Assembly (NCBI RefSeq): GCF_009914755.1
Contig: NC_060935.1
DNA: 64,000 nt
Origin: the human T2T-CHM13v2.0 reference genome, Homo sapiens
Reading direction: 5' to 3' (one strand)
The position numbers and the translations under genes are program-made. Positions 1 to 15,689 of this stretch are shown piece after piece. Numbering within the stretch: position 1 is the stretch's first letter; every line of letters begins with the position of its first letter. The notes under the pieces were generated by a model. That model ran no database searches. It worked only from the letters and a program-made list of their open reading frames with translations, and was not told the origin of the DNA.

Positions 1-1379
1 TTACTTAGTTTCTAATATAAATCTTATGCCAGAAAGTTGTGGAGAGGTCCCAGAAAATATCCTGAACCAGATTCCCCTTCTGTGTTGGCTGGGAAGTAAG
101 GACAATGAGAAGGGGTCAATTCCATCATCATTGTCAACTGATGAGTCTCCCTCCAGCACCTTCTTTGGCTGCCATCACAAAAAGGTCAGGGTGTACCTGA
201 CTCAGTGGCTAAATTATTATCTCTCATGGCCAGTCCCAGCCAAGGACAGGGTTTCATCAAAGTTAACTTGGCAGAGGGAAATTTATGGCAAAGGACAAAT
301 TTGCCCGGGTAAGTTTGATATGATATTTGTGCAACTGGAAATGAGTGTCGGAGGACCAAGCCCAACACTTATTTTTTGCCATTTGCCCTTCTATAAAATG
401 GATATTTGTGGTGTGCTGGAATAGGCTAAAATTATGGGTTTAAATTACTTTGGAGCCCCTAAAACGAAATTGATCATTTTTATATATGCCTTCATGGATT
501 TATAGAGCTATAAATATTCTCCATGCAATTACTGTATACATAGTCAGATCACGTTACTGAGTTATGCATGCACATAAGCAGATGTATTGCTATTTATATA
601 GTAAATGAAATGGAGCAGCTTACCATAATTACATTAGGCCATACTTACAATACTCTGGTTAATAAAGTTTATAACTCTAGGGACAAATGTTTAAAAAGGG
701 GCCTAGAGTAGACATCTCTTTCCATAGAAGACTTTTTTCCAACAGTTGTCTTTGGGCTCATGTTGCTTTGAATCAATATATTGAATTATTATTGTACTGA
801 AATAATCACTTGCCCCAGCTGCCTGGGCTTTGCAGCAGTAATACAGATGCCTTACATCCATCTAGCACTTCACACTTTTCTAAAACACTTTCATACATTA
901 TCTTTCCTGGCAAAATTCCTTCCAATCACTTTTGGGCAGTTATTTTGTTGTTTAAGTTAGGAAGAGAGGGGTGGGGAGAGGAGGAGAGGACTTACATAGG
1001 TACATTATTCTAGGCTGATGTTGCTACAGGCAGGGTGAATACAGGGAGCCATACACTTTTCAGGGAAATTTTCCCCCAAAGGCTTGAGTAGAGAAGTTAG
1101 AACCTTGGCTCCACTTTTTAAAGATGCCTCCATTTTCAGCACTTAAATTCCTTTCTTTCTCTTCAGCTGCACTGGCCAAGTCTTCAGAGGGGTCTCATGG
1201 CTGTTGCTAGCCCAAGTGTGCAGTGATAGGAGTTAATGGGCAGAAAACACATCATGACCTCTCTTAAAATCAAGGGGGGACTCATGAGTAAATACCAAAC
1301 TATCATTTCCAGAAAACCCCTGTGTGGTATACACAGAGTGAGATATATCCATTTTATGGCAGGGAAGTCTGTGACATAA

Positions 1380-1767
<388 letters not shown>

Positions 1768-1973
1768 AGACGCCTGTTCTTATTGAGTCATTTAAGGGGA
1801 GCTGTGCATCCCTTCTGTTTGTCCCATAGCTTATTATAGGACCAAGCTTCCAGCTCAGTCACGGCCCGGGGACCACTCTGTGTCTCACTCAGCCAGCATT
1901 AGAGGAAGCTCCGGGATGTGGGCCATTCCTCATTCCAGAAGAAAGCAAAGTAGATTCAATTTTTTAAAAGTAA

Positions 1974-2374
<401 letters not shown>

Positions 2375-2427
2375 TGGGTTTCTTTCTTATAGCAAAAGCT
2401 TGATTATTACCCCTTACAGAAAATACG

Positions 2428-2728
2428 GGCTGGGCACAGTGGCTCACACCTGTAATCCCAGTACTTTAGGAGGCCGAGGTGGGCAGATCACCTGAGGTCA
2501 GGAGTTTGAGATCAGCCTGGCCAACATGGTGAAATACTGTCTCTACTAAAAATACAAAAATTAGCTGGGTGTGTGGCATACATCTGTAATCCCAGCTATT
2601 CGGGAGGCTGGGGCAGGAGAATCGCTTGAACCTGGGAGGGGGAGGTTGCAGTAGCTGAGATCACGCCATTGTACTCCAGCCTGGGTGACAGAGTGAGACT
2701 CTGTCTCAAAAAGAAAAAAAAAAGAAAA
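2428..2728 (+). mobile_element. AluS (AluSx-like)
   Basis: ggctgggcacagtggctcac start, A-rich tail, TSD agaaaatac on both sides. Confidence 0.92.
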
Positions 2729-2929
2729 AGAAAATACAGAGAACTCCTTAAAAACACCCACTATCACCCCTGCCCACCTCTGCCTACTTGTGACCTTGGT
2801 ATGTATCCTTTAAACTTGTCTTCTCTGCCTGTCTGTATGTATACACATGCACACATATTGCTCCGCTCCCATGGTTTGGCAAATGCAGAGTCAGCAGCTC
2901 AGAATATATCATTTCCATCTCTTTGAAAT

Positions 2930-3040
2930 TTAGTTTCTTCATTTGAAAAATGGATTAATAATACTACTCTTTCGTGGGTATAGAATAATAGAGACGAAAG
3001 CATCAAACTCATAACGGGGGTTTAATAGTGTTGAGTGCTT
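2930..3040. mobile_element. MIR fragment
   Basis: agtttcttcatttgaaaaatggattaataatact resembles the MIR core. Confidence 0.5.
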
Positions 3041-3042
3041 GA

Positions 3043-3324
<282 letters not shown>

Positions 3325-4044
3325 TAAAAAACAAAAGATTCGGTAAACTTATTCAAGAGGGAGACTTGGTGATGAAGCGATTACAGTTGCCACCGTTTCT
3401 GTTAAACCCATTTTTATTATGTATGATTCCTCTAATGGAGGGGCTCAGCCAGTCTGCAAGCAGAACTGTTATTATGCTGGTCCTCAGTGTGGTGACAGCT
3501 CTGGGGAATAAATGATCGGAGGGTCTCCTCTTTCCTGGAGTTTCCTCTTCCTCTCCCCTTATCCACAGTTTAAATCTCAGTGTTTTGTTTTTAACCACAC
3601 ATCAGATTCCCCCTTCCCTGATGCTCCTCTCTGTCTAAGCCTTCTTCTTCCCAAACATCTATTACCATTAAACTTAAAATCACTACCCCCTCCTGTTGTG
3701 CCTCTGTTAGGGATGGTTGAGGGTCTCAGCTGATTAAAATGTCACTGTTCCCACAGAATGTAGTGAGAATTTCAGGACGTGGCTGGTATGAGGTGAGACT
3801 TGTCTTTCTTTGTCAATTGATCCCTTGCTGGACCCAATTCCCATCTCTAATGTGAAGAATCCCCACTGTCACTCCTGAGTGAATGGGAAGGGGACTGCCT
3901 CTTGTGCCACCAGTGAAGTGTGGTCAGGCTTTTGTTATTTATGAGGAGTCACTTGCTCAGGTGTGCTAGGAATCACTCAGCCCTGCCTCGGTCTTGAGGA
4001 TCCAGGAATCTGGCATTTTGGACTAAATCAGGGCTACTTAGGGT

Positions 4045-4210
4045 TTGCTCCTGAGACCAGCAGCATCCTTCTCACCTGAGAACTTGTTGGAAATGCATAT
4101 GATCAGAATCCAGGCAGAAGACTCCTACTGAACCAGAGTCTTGGGGAAATGGGACCCTGGCATCTACAGTTTAACAAGCCCCCTCGTTAGCGAAGCATTG
4201 GACTAGACTC
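4045..4210. mobile_element. MER5A-like hAT-Charlie DNA transposon remnant
   Basis: gaccagcagcatc...gagaacttgttggaaatgca...tttaacaagccc motifs. Confidence 0.55.
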
Positions 4211-5487
4211 AGGTGATAGAAGGCAGAGAAGAACAGTTTGGGCTTTGCTGTTGGTCTGATGGGTTGAAAAAGGAATGAAGAAGGAACAGGCCTCTGGGTT
4301 ATCCCATTGAGGCTCTGGAGGGGAGACAGAGGATGGGAATCAGGCATGTGGTACGTGCACAACACAAAAGTCCACTGGGTGGGGAGGTAGCTTTTGTCTT
4401 CATTGGACTAACGGTAGAGACAGAATTAGCAAAAGGAGGTGTAGGAATCTTTTTACTGCAGCTGTATTCTAGTTTCCAACCTCAGGAAATTCTGTTATTC
4501 CCTTGAGGTAAATGAGGTAAGTGACTGGCCCCATGGGCTTCCAGAGATGGTTCACTTCTGCCGCACATAAGCCTCCCCACCAACTGACCCAGAAATCTCT
4601 TTCCCTCTGAATAGAACCTGGTTTAGCCTCTGCTACTTTTGTCTTAGGCTAAAATTCTCTAAACTAATTGAGTTGGCTATATAAATTTATTATGGTGGAT
4701 TTGGGACACAAAGGTTGCAAACTGATGATTAAGGAGAGATTAAACTAACAGCTCTAAGTACCAGCTTCACTTTAAAAGGTAATAAACATATAATTGTTCC
4801 CTCTTAGTCAGAAATATGTTTTCTTTCCTTTTTCTAGAAAATGTTTCAGTCAAGTTATGTTTTCCATAAAAATTTCAGCTGAAGGATTAGAGACATTCCT
4901 ATTATTTTTAGCTTGCCTGCAAGAACCCACACTGCTGAACCAAGTCAGAAGCGTGCATTTTGTCAACAGATAATTAAAATCTTTGCTCACTCTTGGCGAT
5001 GTATCTTTGGGGTTGGATTTTTTTTTTCCTCCGGTCATTTATATCCTTCTGGGAAATATGCTAAACAAAATGCAATTATTTAGATGTAGCAATCCACTGT
5101 TGAGACTACAGAACAAAAGTAATCAAGCACATGTGTTTTGCAGACTGTGTTTGGCAGTGAAGAGAGAAGCTTGTGGATTCTCTTCATTTGGAGGGAAAAA
5201 ATATATAATTAAAATCTGGGCCCTTTATCCTCTATTAATCTTGTGCAAGGCAAACACAGAGCAATTGCAATATTGCTTGCAGGGTGATGTAAATAATTTC
5301 AAGTGAACCAAACTAAGTGTCCTCTTTAATGTCTCTGGCCTAGTTAATTAATGAACGCTTATCTTCCTAACTGCCTCTCTTGGTAGAGGGCCTCTTGGCT
5401 CAAGCAAGGACTCTGGTCAAAGTGGTCATAAGCAGTTTGGGGATGAGTGGGTCGTCCCCAGGTGAGGAAGGTGCACTACTTCTGTGA

Positions 5488-5670
<183 letters not shown>

Positions 5671-8600
5671 TCCAGTGGTGTGGGATGGTCCAGACTTGAT
5701 CCTGTTTTTCCTCTCTGCCTCCTCCTAATGTTTTCCATAGCTCTCCTCCCATTTTTCTTCATCTTTCTTCCTACATCTTGGTTCACATCCACGCATGAGA
5801 GTGATTATGTAGAAAAGTAGGCATAGTGTCGCATGCTGCAGTAAAGAGCTACATAGACCACCTGAAGCGCTGTTTGCCTGTGCCCATGGTGACTGTTTCT
5901 GGTCAGGTTGGTCCCCTGACCACACGTTTTACCCTGCAGAGGAGGATCAGTTAGGTGAGCACTGGTAGGTATGCGTGGTTTTGTCAATAGAGAGGTATCC
6001 ACTGTGTGATGGCATGGGGGGTGCCAGTAAGGCATGTATAGAGTGGCCGAATTACAAGACTTTATTTGGACTTGAACAGAACTGAGCAATGTGGTGATCT
6101 TGTTCAGACACACAAAGTTCAAGACAGGTTTTTTTTTTTTTCAGAGAGTTAGCAGTGGTCAGAAAATGTTTTGGATGTAAGACAAGACCATTCAATTTGG
6201 ACACCACTGAGGTGGTTAAGTTTATATTTCCAGTCACCACTGGGGATCTGTTTCCTTCGTTTGGATCAGCAATCTCCAGTTACCACTAACTCAGATGCTA
6301 CAGTCTACACATTGTGACTTTGATTGAACTGTCAGTTTTCTTCCCTCAACTGTCTTTTTTTGTTTTAAATAACCACATTTGTGAGTTCTTTTGGTCATTT
6401 CCTCCACCTCTGCCCAAGAAGCCATCATATAAGTTGTGCCTCATTTTGTACGTTCATAGTAGAGCTCCATGCTCATTTCTACATGATATTTAGCACCATG
6501 GTTCAATGTCACGATCCTGTGTTTCTTCTCTAAATGTCTTTCTATAAGCTGTAGACACCTTGTCTTTTGACCTCTGGGAAAACAAGACTTACCCTGGTTC
6601 TGTCTATATATTATATATATAGGACACATGCTCTTAAAAGACAGATAACTTCTTAATTTTTACTCTTTTTCATTCACAGTAAATGCCAACTGTGGTCATA
6701 GAGAAATCAAAGAAATGGAGAGTTTAATAGAAAGCAACCACAATATTCACTGCACTGGTAGTACATTTTAGGACATGGTATTTATAGAACTTTCTGATAA
6801 ATACAGCTTAGGTAAGTAGCGAGTGAGCCAATTAAGACTATAGCTTTTAAGACTACATTTAGCCAATTCAATTTTAAGAGTTCCCTATTCACAGTACTCA
6901 TTTTAACGGCACTCTAATGAGAGCTGATCATATGTCTGCAGAAATTGGCAAAGTGTAAACTTTATTATCTTCTTGTATCCTGAACATGCATATATGAAAT
7001 TTTTAAAATGTGACATGTGTTCATGTAGTGTGTACTTGTAGTGGTGTTTTCTGTCCTTATAAATATCTTTTGAATTCTGTAGAGATGGTGAGTTTAGTAT
7101 AGTGTAGTCTGGGGATTTTATTTTCCCTTACAGTAATAATATCTAAACCTAAAATTGTTTCCTTTAGGGGAGATCATTTCAATCATTTTCTTCATTTATC
7201 TTCATAGTACAGGGTCTCAGGCAAAGTTTTTCAGTTCAAATCTTGTATATTGTTGTGACATTTTCATCCTGTTTAACAGCAATGAAACCCAACAACAGGC
7301 TTTAATGTACATTTTTTTTTAAAAGATTTCATTTGTTAAAAAAAGTCTCAACTCATTTTACTGAGCTCTCCCTTTTCTAGGGCAAGTATCATCGCCATTT
7401 GCCAACATCAATATGAACTTCCAGTTTTTAAGAGTAGCTTGTGAAAGGTTTTAGAAAAGGAAACAAAGATGGGTTTTGAACTTTAGATTTTCATGTCTTT
7501 TGTCTGCAGTGTATATTTGTTCTCCCCTCTCCTTCTCCTCCTTTCCCCCCTTGTCTCCCAAAGCTCAAACTTGCTTGAGTCTATCATAGAGACTAAACCT
7601 TGAGCTTCCCCTAAACTTAGCTTTAGGAAGCTGAGCTGTGGCCTCACCTGTCTGCCATGAACACAGATTTCTCTAAGAAAGCCATATTGATGAGAAGCCC
7701 CCAATTACTGCAGCAGACGTCGCACAATGGTACCAAAAATGAGCCTCTCCAGCTGATACCTGGTAGAGTGAGAGGAGCCAGGAGGAATAACTTAGGCCTG
7801 GAAATTATCTGCAGGCTTTGCAATTTGAAGGTTGAGAAAGAGAGCTTAAATCAATTAGCATTCTCTCATGGGACTGGTATGTTTGTGTCAGGATGAATGG
7901 TTTTTGGCTCTCCTGTTGCCTCTTGGCTAAAACTCTGATTGAGCCAATGGTTGCAGTCTGATGCTGGACGCCAACCCAATTTCTGCTAATTATTGCTTTT
8001 GTGATTAAAAGAAGGTGGGGGTGGGGGGCTCCCACAGATGCTGCCAGGTTTGTTTTGTACAAACTGAAAGTTAACTTAATTGTGAGAACGGAGACCTCAT
8101 CACTAGCTGCATGTTTTGGATTTGGGGGCATTTACATTTGTGTTAATTATGATTTGTCCAGGTAAGATGCAGTAGCTGCTCCCTGAGCAGCTGTTTCCCC
8201 CCCACCCCACTTCACTATAATTTCCAAGATTTATTTCCCTTTGTTTAAAGGGACACGCTTAGGTGAAAGGTTCCAAATTTACCTGGAAATGGTTACCTTG
8301 TAAATTTAGCTTGTCTAATGGATTGTTTCCATGATATTAAAATGTACAGTCAATTGGAAGAAAAAAAATGATAAAAATAAAATGAATAACATTGTTAGAA
8401 ACTGGCACCTGAAAACTTCCCTTCAAAGTGGGGGAAAAAACCGAGTAGCTGAGGAAAGACTTTCATTGGTTCACTGTGTAGAATGGTGGAGCATTTTCCA
8501 CTTGTGAGATTATTTCATAACACCAACAAATGCCAGAAACTCATTCAGAAAAAAAGCCATATGTGAAAAACAGTAATCCTGTCATATCCTTAGAGGAGAA

Positions 8601-9856
8601 AAAATGTATATTTCTTAACAAGTGGTGTTGTGACTTCTTATGCAAATGTCTTGCATATTAGTAACTTTTATTATCTTTAGGACTGTGCTTATCAGGTACA
8701 AATGTGTCTAGTTCTGTTTTATTGTTTCTTTTTCCTTTATATTTATGTATTGCATGAGGTCTGTGGTCAATGCAAAATCATGATGACCTCAATGTCTTTG
8801 AAATTTGCAATGTGTTTTTAATATGTGAGAAATGTAATCAACTTGTATTTCAGTAAGCAGCACTTTAAAAAGAGTTTAACATGATGACCTTTAAATGGAT
8901 AGGACTTGGGTTGTTTTTATGGTAATGTTGCATTGGAGTTGAGTTTTCCTTTAATTAAGTTCTTGTTTCCTCATCTATGTGTCTCTCAGTGCTTCCTGTC
9001 CACCTTTGCTCTCAGCATGGTTTCCCATGCCTAAAAGTAAGATTTTCTTTTCTCTTTGTTCCCTTGGCTGTAGGTCATTGTCCTCTTCCCAGAGGCTAGC
9101 ACAATAACTGTTGCTCAATGTAAGATGAGATGGCAAGATCATACTACTGTTGTTGCACCTGGATTTGAGTTGGGACATGCTTCTTTGAGGCAGATGATTC
9201 AAGAGAGGACGTGCTGTGTGGCAGGTGTTTTGCAGGACCAAAAGGCCAAGGCCAACAGAGGAGCATTTCCTTCTCTTTCACACTGGGTATCAAGCAGAAA
9301 ACTTCCAGGCTGGGAGCAAAGGTGTGGGTGATTCTGCCTTGATACTCATTTCCCCACAAAGTGGCCCTAGGATTTGTGAAAGTGAAGCTTCCTATCTTTC
9401 CCAGATTTTGCTTTAATTGCCCAGAAAGGCCAAGTAGTTTTGAAATGTGGTCTTTGCTCAGGTCACCTCTGAGCAGCCTGCAGCCAAAGAGAAAGTGTTT
9501 TCAGATTAGGTATTCATCACCTCTGAAAAGCAAGCAGTGGTTTGACTTGCCTGCCACGGATTAAATACATCTTCAGGTAACCATTTGCCTTACAGGTGTA
9601 TTTTACTGTTAGGATGATTCTTAGTAATTGACTAAAAACTGTTTTGTCTCTCATTTGTTCGTGGTTTTTGCACTTTATTATGGACCTGTAAAGGAATAGG
9701 TTAATTCTTACATTGTGTACTTGGCTAATGTCCTAAATGCAGGCATCTTTTGTGGGTACTGTTGCCCATGAATAAACATATGTTCCCTAATCAGGTCCTT
9801 ATATTTTTCCATTAACTATACATGAAGAAAATATATTATGTTACAAATGATGCATC

Positions 9857-9882
9857 ATATATATATATATATATATATATAT
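9857..9882. repeat. (AT)13 microsatellite
   Basis: read directly. Confidence 0.95.
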
Positions 9883-10059
9883 CTTATAGATTACATATTA
9901 TATACTGCACATTATTCATTTAAGAAGTCATTCTTGAGGCCCTACCTCAAATTTTCTATTTATGTATAAAAATGCAATTTATTGTATTATATATTTGCCT
10001 ATTATGTACTGATATAAATTAGAATTTACCCTAATAATGTATGAGTTCACAAAACCCTA

Positions 10060-10065
10060 AATAAA
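10060..10065 (+). terminator. Probable distal poly(A) signal of SLC6A5
   Basis: AATAAA with upstream TGTA motifs and downstream GT-rich gtattgtgtctc. Confidence 0.6.
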
Positions 10066-11107
10066 TGTCAGTGTTTAAAACATGATTATAGTATTGTGTC
10101 TCTTACAAAGCCATTACCCATCATCTTTATTTCTTAATAAACAGCCTTATAGGTATCCCCCAGATTGATCAATTTTGTTGTGCAAAACCTGGAACAGCCA
10201 TGGAAAACTGCCGTCCTGGGAAAACGAGATACTGTGCTGCTGCAGAAACAAATATCAATTATTATATTTTTAACCATCAGAATACACTATTGTTTGCTGA
10301 ATTATTAATCACCCTCATGGGGGAAGAGAGAGAGATTGGAGTAGGAGAAGAAAGAAAAAGAGAAACAGAATCTGAGTAGATCTGAGATCTGAACAGAAAG
10401 ACTGGACAAATTAAAACATCGTGTGTGTTTTCATGATCATTTTGTCAGTCTTCAACTATATTTCAATTTAGCAAACATTTTGTGTAGTTCCTGCATTGTG
10501 CTAGGCCCCAGGCAAAATGGAATAAAAAGGTCTCAAATCTTAGGGAACTCAAATTATGGTAGAAGGAAAACCTATTTCTAAAAAACAAAGAAACACCATT
10601 TCTCTCCTTTTGAGTGGGTGGAGCCCTCATGTTCCTTACTCAGAGATGGGGCCCCAGGGTTCAGTGTCATGTTCTCTGCTGTCTGATCAGGTCAACCCAG
10701 AGGCTTGACTCTGTCCTCCTCAAATGAGCACCACATACTCATGCTCTGCCTCCATCTTCAGCTTCAGTGTTGGAAGGCTACAGAGATGATCTAGGCTATC
10801 CTCCCTGGGAAAGAAATGCCCTCACGAGCTGATGCTGAAATCCACACGCCAAGTGCACAGGTGTCCAGCCTGCAGTCAAGCTCCAGGCTGGGAAAAGTCT
10901 ATGATAATAAGAGCTCCATACAATACATTCAGGACTGGCCTTAAAACTGTACTTTGGCAGGTGCACAGCGCCGTGAACACTAAACTCAGTGTAATGTCTT
11001 ATCTTCCCAGCAACAGTGCTCCTGAAAGGGCAAGAAGTGCATTCTGTGGGATCAGAGCTTGGTGCTGACTCATTATCTTCTATCTCTTTCCTGAGACTCC
11101 TTTGATC

Positions 11108-11110
<3 letters not shown>

Positions 11111-11148
<38 letters not shown>
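11111..11148. repeat. (GT)19 microsatellite
   Basis: read directly. Confidence 0.97.
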
Positions 11149-11150
<2 letters not shown>

Positions 11151-12269
11151 AACTTTTTATCTTGAAAAATTTCAGGTATACATAAAGTTGGAGAGAACAG
11201 AACAATGAACTCCTATGTCCACATCACACACTTTCAACAATTACCAACTCATGTCCAAGTTTATTTCATGATCCGTCTCCCTACCCTGAAACTCTGTTTC
11301 CTTAGAGTAGTTCAAAGCAGATCCCAGGTACCATGGAATTTCAGTTAGAAATGCTCTATTATGTTTTTATAACCCTTCTAAATATGTTTTTCCTTAATTG
11401 GGGATAAGGAGAAATAGCAGAAACTTAAGAGTTAATTTTTTGTTTTTAGAAGAAGAGTCACCAGTCTGGTACTCCAGTCTCACTGGTGACTCTTCTCCCA
11501 GGATTTGTCATGTGATTTGCTGGATCATGGCGAAGTCTGGGAGTCCAGGGGGGATGCTGGGGTATGTGGGGTCTTGGATGTGGGCTCAGGGGCTTCAGGA
11601 TAGCCCAGGTATTTTTATTCCATAACTTGATTCCTCTTGCCTCCTCCTTTCAATCAGGAAACAGAGGCAGAGGCATTCTGCAATTATGTGGTATATTCAC
11701 TTGCATGATTTGCCTCCAGGCTTCCGGCCATCTCCATCATGTGGCACTCACTGCCCGGTGTTCAGGAAAGATGCACAGAGAGAAGTTTGGGTCTTACCTG
11801 CTAAGGTTGCATGAATTTGATCTTTCCGGGATTAGGGCTTTGAGATAAAACATATTTAAAAAAAATCACTCTGTCTCACCTACTCAAAAGTGGAAAGCAC
11901 TGGTAAGCACAGGCCCATGACAATCTCACTGTGAACCTTTTTTTTTTTTTGGCCTTCTTGTGAGTGTTTACTTCTATACACAGCCTTGAGGTGAGGGCAA
12001 GAATGACAGAGAACTTACACTAGGCCAGTACTGATATTTTATAAAGTTGGTACAATGTGAGGGAGTATAGGGGAGAAACTGGTAACTGCCTTTGAATTTC
12101 TATTCTTCCCTTTTTTAGTAACATCTCTGACTTTAGCCAGGCTTGTTGCCACCCAGTCAAAGCATGACGTTTCCAGGTTCCCTTGCTGCAAAGTACGGTA
12201 GATTGACCTGGCTTCACTTCTTTATGCCCCGCCCCCGCCCCCCGTGAACCACACCCTTGCTGTGTCCTC

Positions 12270-12995
12270 ATCGTGGGTGGATTGTACTTCTTGCCCTTGA
12301 CTTGGGGCTTGGTAATGCATCTATGCTTTGGCTAATAGCTTGTGAACAGACGTGGCAGTGTGCCAGTTTTGAGTCTAGACCTTAAGAGGTCTCACCTATT
12401 TCTATCTGCTCTTTGGTGTCTCTTTGGGCCATGAGGAACAGATGTGGCTAGCCCTGTTGAAAGATGTGGCTTCCTTTCATCAACCCAAGGAAGATGAAAG
12501 GCACATGGGACAGTCACTCAACTGAAACACAGACCTGCAGTGAGAAATGGAATCAGCTCAGCCACTGTAACCCGAAGCAGAACTGCCTGTCTGAGACCAG
12601 CATGGAGGAACTGAACCCTAGCCAACCTGCAGATATGTGTTGTATGACATGGAAATTTTGTGGTTGCTATGTAGCAATAGCTAACAGATACGTATGGAGT
12701 GGCCCTGTGACTAGGTTCTGCCCAAATATATATGGAAATAATACATGGGACTCCTAGGCACGCTCTTCTTCTCTTCATTCTCTTCCATATTTTGCTGTCT
12801 GGAATGTGGCTGTAATGGCTGGAGCATCAGCAGCTATATTGAACCATGAGGACAAGAACTACATTCTAGGGATGGTGGACTCTCCAACTCTAGAATTCTT
12901 TTACTGAAGAGAGTATTAAAGACCTAAGTTATTTAAGTTACTATCGTTTGGGAGTTTTCCTGTTATATGAAGCCAGATAGAATCTTTACTGATAT
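12270..12995 (+). mobile_element. Ancient MLT1 (ERVL-MaLR) LTR pieces
   Basis: ttgccccttgacttggggcttgg; gtagcaatagctaacagatac terminus; agcagctatattgaaccatgagg. Confidence 0.55.
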
Positions 12996-13359
12996 AGGAA
13001 ATAAAATAAACACTCTTGGCCTTTTATCCCACTCCCTCTTCTCCCATCCCTTGTGGAGGAAGGTGCCAGCCATTGGTCCTCGTTTCTCAGTGGGGTCTCC
13101 TTAGCTTTCTCTTTTCATCCAGATCAGTGGGAGCAGATGGCTGTGGCAAGGTCCAGCCTGCAGGGAAGGCAGATGGCCAGTCTATTTTGGCTTTCACATA
13201 GGCTACGCTCTTCCAGCATTGTCTCTACATTAATAAAAGTGATGTTTTAGCCTCCTGCTAGCTGTTATCTTATTTCTCAATTGGTTCAGAACTCACGCAG
13301 GGAATTGGGCTGTTATGAAACTGACTTCACAGGCTTCATCCCAGGAGAAACAGTAAAGT

Positions 13360-13550
13360 TCATATGGCCTGGGTTTGAGTCTCACTTGGCCACTTACTTG
13401 GTCAATGGCTCACTTTCCACATTTGTAAGATAGGTATAATAATGCTACCTACCTAACTGGGTTGTTTTGAAGAATAAATGGGTTAATCCTTGGACAGTAC
13501 TTACAGCAGTGACCACTCATAGTTACACTTAAGAAATGTAGCCAATACCA
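13360..13550. mobile_element. MIR
   Basis: cctgggtttgagtctc...acatttgtaagataggtataataatgctacctacc. Confidence 0.6.
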
Positions 13551-14248
13551 TTCTAGCCAGGGCGGGGGTGGAGACTGTTTCTAGGGCCTCTTTGAAGATA
13601 GTGTGCCAAATTTTTAATGGTCTACTGGAATGGACATGTGATTACTCAACATTTAATAAAGCCTAGATATGAGCACACCTTGGTTCTTGTCATCAGAAAC
13701 TTGAAACTTTTCCAAGATTATTGATGTTATGGATTAGAATGGTTTCATCCAAAGAATCATGAGATGCCTTTATCTATATGTCTATATACTTTTCTACCTA
13801 TTTTCCTACAGATCTATACCCAGCTTTGCTCTAAAACATGTTTGAAGATATGAGACGAGGACACTAGTTAATTTAGCAAAATATGGATCCCTCTAATTTG
13901 GATATCATTGAAGTGGACTGTGGTAATTAGAGAACGAAGTTTTCATATAGAGTTTATATATCCATATAGAAACAGAGGTTCACACATAAATACATTCATT
14001 CAGCCTCTTTTTATAAGTGCATGTGCATTTCAGGAAATGAAAATATCCACCCAAGTCAGGCTTGCACAGTTGCAGAGAGTATTGAGGCTGTTAGGTTTGT
14101 GAGGGAAACTTGGGTGCTTTTGCACTTTCCTTGACTCTGGCAGCAAATTGGCACTTGTGTTAGTTTCCTACTGCTGCCATAACAAAGCTCTACAAACTGA
14201 AAGATGTAAGACAACAGAAATTTAATCTCTCACAGTTCTGGAGATTAG

Positions 14249-15045
<797 letters not shown>

Positions 15046-15689
15046 CAGCTACTACAACACTATAATCTCTGCATCCATGGTCACATGGCATTCTTCCTGT
15101 GTCTCTGTCTTCCCATGGTATTTTTCTCTTATAAGGATATCAGTCACACTGCATTAGGGCCTATACTAACGACCTCATCTTAAGTTATTACATCTGCAAA
15201 AACCCAATTTCCAAATAAGCTCACATTCACAGGTACCAGGGGTTAGGACTTCAACTTATTCTTTAGAGCAGAGGGAAGGTATAGAATCCAATCTGTCACA
15301 GTGCTACTTTCTCATTTCCTCTTGTTTTATAAACTTATTGTGTTTATAATAAGTTGTATAAACTTATTATGTGTCCACAATGTGAAGGTAGTTGTGAAGA
15401 TAGTTGAAAGGCTGTTTGGACAAAGAAGAGTGGCTTCGGGAGGGGAATTCATAAGGCAGTAAATACAATAGAGGGTTTCTCATGCTTGGAACTGCTTTTA
15501 GCTTGCACGTTTAGTTTGGATACTAAAAAGGAGTCCTTCTTACTCTTCCTCTATGGGATCTGCTGCCCCACATAGAGTCAGCAGTGGAGCAACTCTGGGG
15601 GACAGAGAGACAAGGCCTTCTGACTGTTGCCATGCTGACAGCCAATGAGAAGAGTTCATTCTCCATGCTGCTTCCTGGCAGAACATGCA

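Larger units (their letters stand above)
5671..10087 (+). other. SLC6A5: SLC6A5 long 3' UTR (end approximate)
   Basis: AT-rich, little recognisable interspersed repeat; AATAAA at 8376, 9771, 10060 and 10136. Confidence 0.6.

Noticed and set aside
26-424. 132-aa ORF at window start
   Set aside because: Intronic, no similarity to SLC6 sequence and no convincing splice context.
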